A DNA stretch of 64,000 nt from Flaccisagitta enflata (lineage: Eukaryota). Shown piece by piece: positions 60,751 to 64,000 of the stretch. Numbering within the stretch: the stretch's first letter is position 1; each line of letters opens with the position of its first letter. A program made the position numbers and the translations under genes. The stretch spans positions 26,040,001-26,104,000 of the forward strand of contig OZ231126.1 of NCBI GenBank assembly GCA_965153355.1, given 5' to 3'. The notes under the pieces were generated by a model. It did not search any database and was not told the DNA's origin. It worked only from the letters and a program-made list of their open reading frames with translations.

Positions 60751-62808
60751 ACATGAAATTTAGAAAATCCAGAGTAATACTGAAAACCACCTGGCGGTAG
60801 TTTGAACGGATGGTGGAGAGAGAGCAATAACGTCAACAAGCACTATTATTGACCCACCTTTAGCTCCAGGTTTCCTGATGACTTTGGTCTTCAGGTGCGC
60901 CTCCACGATCGGGGATCACGCCAGGCTTCAGCTTCAATTCGTAACCTTGGGAGGGTGGCAAAACTGGTGATGGTATTTGTGCGAGGTCTTGACGGTCGCG
61001 AAGGAAGTCAGAGAAGGAAGAAGCGCACACCATAAGGATATTCGTTCACATATCGATCCAACAGGAGCACGTGTTGCTAATTCCGTTGTTACAGTATTTG
61101 ATTCAGGCCTTTGGAATGACGCTCATTTTCTGTCCAACAGCAAACGTACTTAGTTTCCCGTATTCGCTTCAAAAGCATTCCTGGAGAAAAAAAAGAAGAG
61201 GTGCTAAATAGAACTAGAGGTGGCACTAGTTACTTGAGCAAGGCAAATGTTAAAAGACTTTTTCCGCGTAACTCAATTCTTTCGCGGACACGCAACTCTA
61301 TAAGAGCCTTTGTTCGTCTGTCCGTTGGTCCGTCCGTCTGAAAAGTGTATCCGGCCTTGTTTCTCTTTAAATCTGAAACAAATGAAAAGTGTATCCGGCC
61401 TTGTTTCTCTTTAAATCTGAAACAAATGAAAATCCCCCTCCCTGCCTTTGATTTTCTTCCCCGCGACATGTCGCGTCGCATCACCAAATCTATAATTTTC
61501 TCCCCCCGTGGCAATAAATGAGTATATTCTATGTTTCATTTCAGTTGCGGACACGCAACCCTATAGGAGGCTTTGTCCGTCCGTCTGTCTGTCGGTCATG
61601 GTGATCGAGTTGAAAAGTGGGAATACGAGCGCTTTCGATACTTTTTGAGTGTGTTTGAGTGTTGGGGGTGGGTTGGGGTGTGGATGAGGGCTGGATGCCC
61701 CTGACCACCTGCCCGCAACGATGTTGGGACCCCACGTCACTCGTTTCCTCTTTTCTGGCCTTTGATTTTTTCCCCATCTCCAAATCCTTTGATTTTATTC
61801 CCCCCCCCCCCCCACACACGGGGAGGAGGGGGGGGGAAGAGAGGATACTCAACTATATGCACGCCTGTAATAAATCAAAAAAAAATTAAGCCCTTACCTT
61901 AGATGGGTCTACGATGAATTAACAATTTGACGCCACAAAACGAGAAGAAAAGTCCTTATTCGATAGATGGCCGGACTATACGGACGTCGAAAACCTCGTT
62001 CCACAATCTTCACGTAGACCAGATAAAATACTTTCAAAACGAGACAATTCCACGCCTCCAGGTTGACTATGGATGGGCAGGGGCAGTGACGAGACTCAAA
62101 AAAACAATTTTAAAACATTTGTGGAAGAAGTGGTGTACACAATAAGCCGTGCAACAACAATGCACAGAAATGTGCTACAAATTTAACAAAGAGAGCCTCG
62201 TCAGTTGTCCCAGAAGTCTGTGAGTTTGAAGTTTGTAGCATGGGCTCATTCATAAATAGTTTCATGTCTGTTCTGGATCATAGGCTGTTATAGCCTTCGG
62301 TAGAAAGAGGCGGATGTCACTAACGGCAATCAGTCGCGGACGGTTGGGCAGGAGCAGTAATGTAAAGCTCGCTCCAGAATTCCAAAAAATGTGACGGACA
62401 AACGGATTGGATATATGACATACCAACCATTACAATAAGAGTGTGGGAAGTCGCGCGTGTCCGCGACTAAAAATATCAATAACCCATATAATCAAGAGAA
62501 TTCCGTACTGCCCCCCCCATCCGGAAACCGAAAGTTATCATTAAGTATAATGCGGTCATAGCTAAGTTGGTTTAAACAGGCGGACGTCGCGCGGAAATGC
62601 GAAACATCATAGGAATTGCGGAGGTGTCATTGCGGCAATGCGGCTTCCTCGTACAGCTGCAGCGGTGCAGAGACAGCGGCACTGCAGAGTTTCTCAGCAG
62701 AGTAACGCAGCAGCAAAGGACTCCAGGAAGTGAACCGTCAGATGTCCATGTGTAGAAAAAGTATTATCTTGAATGTTTACCAATTTTGTATAGAAGATAT
62801 TGTGAATA

Positions 62809-63230
62809 TACATTTTTTTTTATAAGAACATCATTTTTTTTCCAAAGGCTTCATGTTCTTATTTTCAAGGCCAAATGCAAATGAAGCCTTCAACGTTCTT
62901 AGAGTGTTCTTAAATTCAAATACTATATAAACTATAGAAAACCTTATAATATACTATTGATTACACTAAATAGATTTCTATTCAATATTGTTAAAAAAAA
63001 ACACTAATTTTTTATGTCTGGGAATATTTTCATCTTTATTTAAAAGTTATAAGATATTAAACAATTACACTAAAATTCAAGTGTTTTCCTAATGTTATTC
63101 AAATAATATTGTAAGTGGAATTTTTTTCTCAAGATTTGAAGCCTTTGTATGTTCTTAAGATGTTCTTAATTCTGAAGCTATTTGAAGCCTTGATGTGCTT
63201 TTAAACTAGGTTCTTATAAAAAAAAGTGTA
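62809..63230. mobile_element. TA-flanked MITE
   Basis: tacatttttttttataagaac / gttcttataaaaaaaagtgta. Confidence 0.55.
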
Positions 63231-64000
63231 TTCAAAAGATACTTGAAAAATATTTAAAGAATATTTTAGGATATAGAGAAAAAATGTGAGTATTGATTTT
63301 TTCCAATAATTGAACTGTTTGCAATCCTGCACCTACACTAGCTATCACCGTGAGGAAAAAAATATTGATCATAGACAACTTTCTACCATTTTTTCATCTT
63401 CAGTCACTGCAAATTTGTTGGTTTCTCAGACTAAATCAAGAGTCATTATATATATTGATTGTACTGAAAATTAAAGAAAAATAGTACTACGCCAAATGAG
63501 CTAGCTGAGCTAAAAAAATAAAAATCATTCAAACAGATAACAAGCTATGCTCACTGACATGCTTTCTTCTATCACCATGCTCAGACTGACATAGCGGGTT
63601 ATAGAGTTGCGTGCATGTGACTAAAAAAAAAATTGAGCAAAATGAGGTAGTTGAGCTAAAATAGTCAAAAATTCCCTCACAGATGAGCAGCTATACTAAT
63701 AAACATGTTTTCTTGTATTTACAGTAGATGTCGTCTAGACTTGGAAATACGGGGGAATTCATTACGGGAAGACAAATTTATTTAAAAGACTGATATTTGG
63801 AATATAGACTAGTAAAGGATGATTGTTTGCCTATGGAGGTGGGTGCTATGAAACACATTTTATGTATTCACCTTAGGCCATCAATATTTTGAGATTTTTT
63901 AGGGAACATTGTTAAATAGAGTTCTGCTCTTTTCCCACTAGTATGTTCTGTAAGAATTAATGCAGTTTATGCATTAGCAGGGTAGTAACTATGTGACAGT

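Noticed and set aside
59655-60839. Long ORFs of 135-308 aa
   Set aside because: They are translations of a purine-rich minisatellite that is open in several frames, with no domain signature

Overview
Repeat-saturated eukaryotic (metazoan, most likely invertebrate) genomic DNA; the species cannot be determined from sequence alone. The only confidently identifiable host gene is the 5' part (5 coding exons, 33515-38645) of an ANKRD42 ortholog, with an RFX X-box-like motif on its start codon. It lies in a ~13.8 kb near-spacerless inverted repeat (32310-46140) whose second arm has deletion-rich patches, most likely a fold-back read/assembly artefact. Just upstream is an ~11.8 kb nested palindrome (19176-30983) built from a truncated Ty3/Gypsy pol fragment. 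That pol has an unusually long RNase H-integrase linker and is interrupted by a full-length tRNA-derived SINE with a 12-bp TSD and (CAA)n tail. The arms of this palindrome differ by a clean TA-TSD MITE insertion, so it is not a trivial read fold-back. The rest is decayed LINE fragments, several Helentron/HINE-like families carrying different internal satellite arrays, MITEs with TA, 4-bp or 9-bp TSDs, and microsatellites. Most ORFs in the supplied track are spurious. I found no clear new protein-coding system; the notable points are structural and mobile-element observations.
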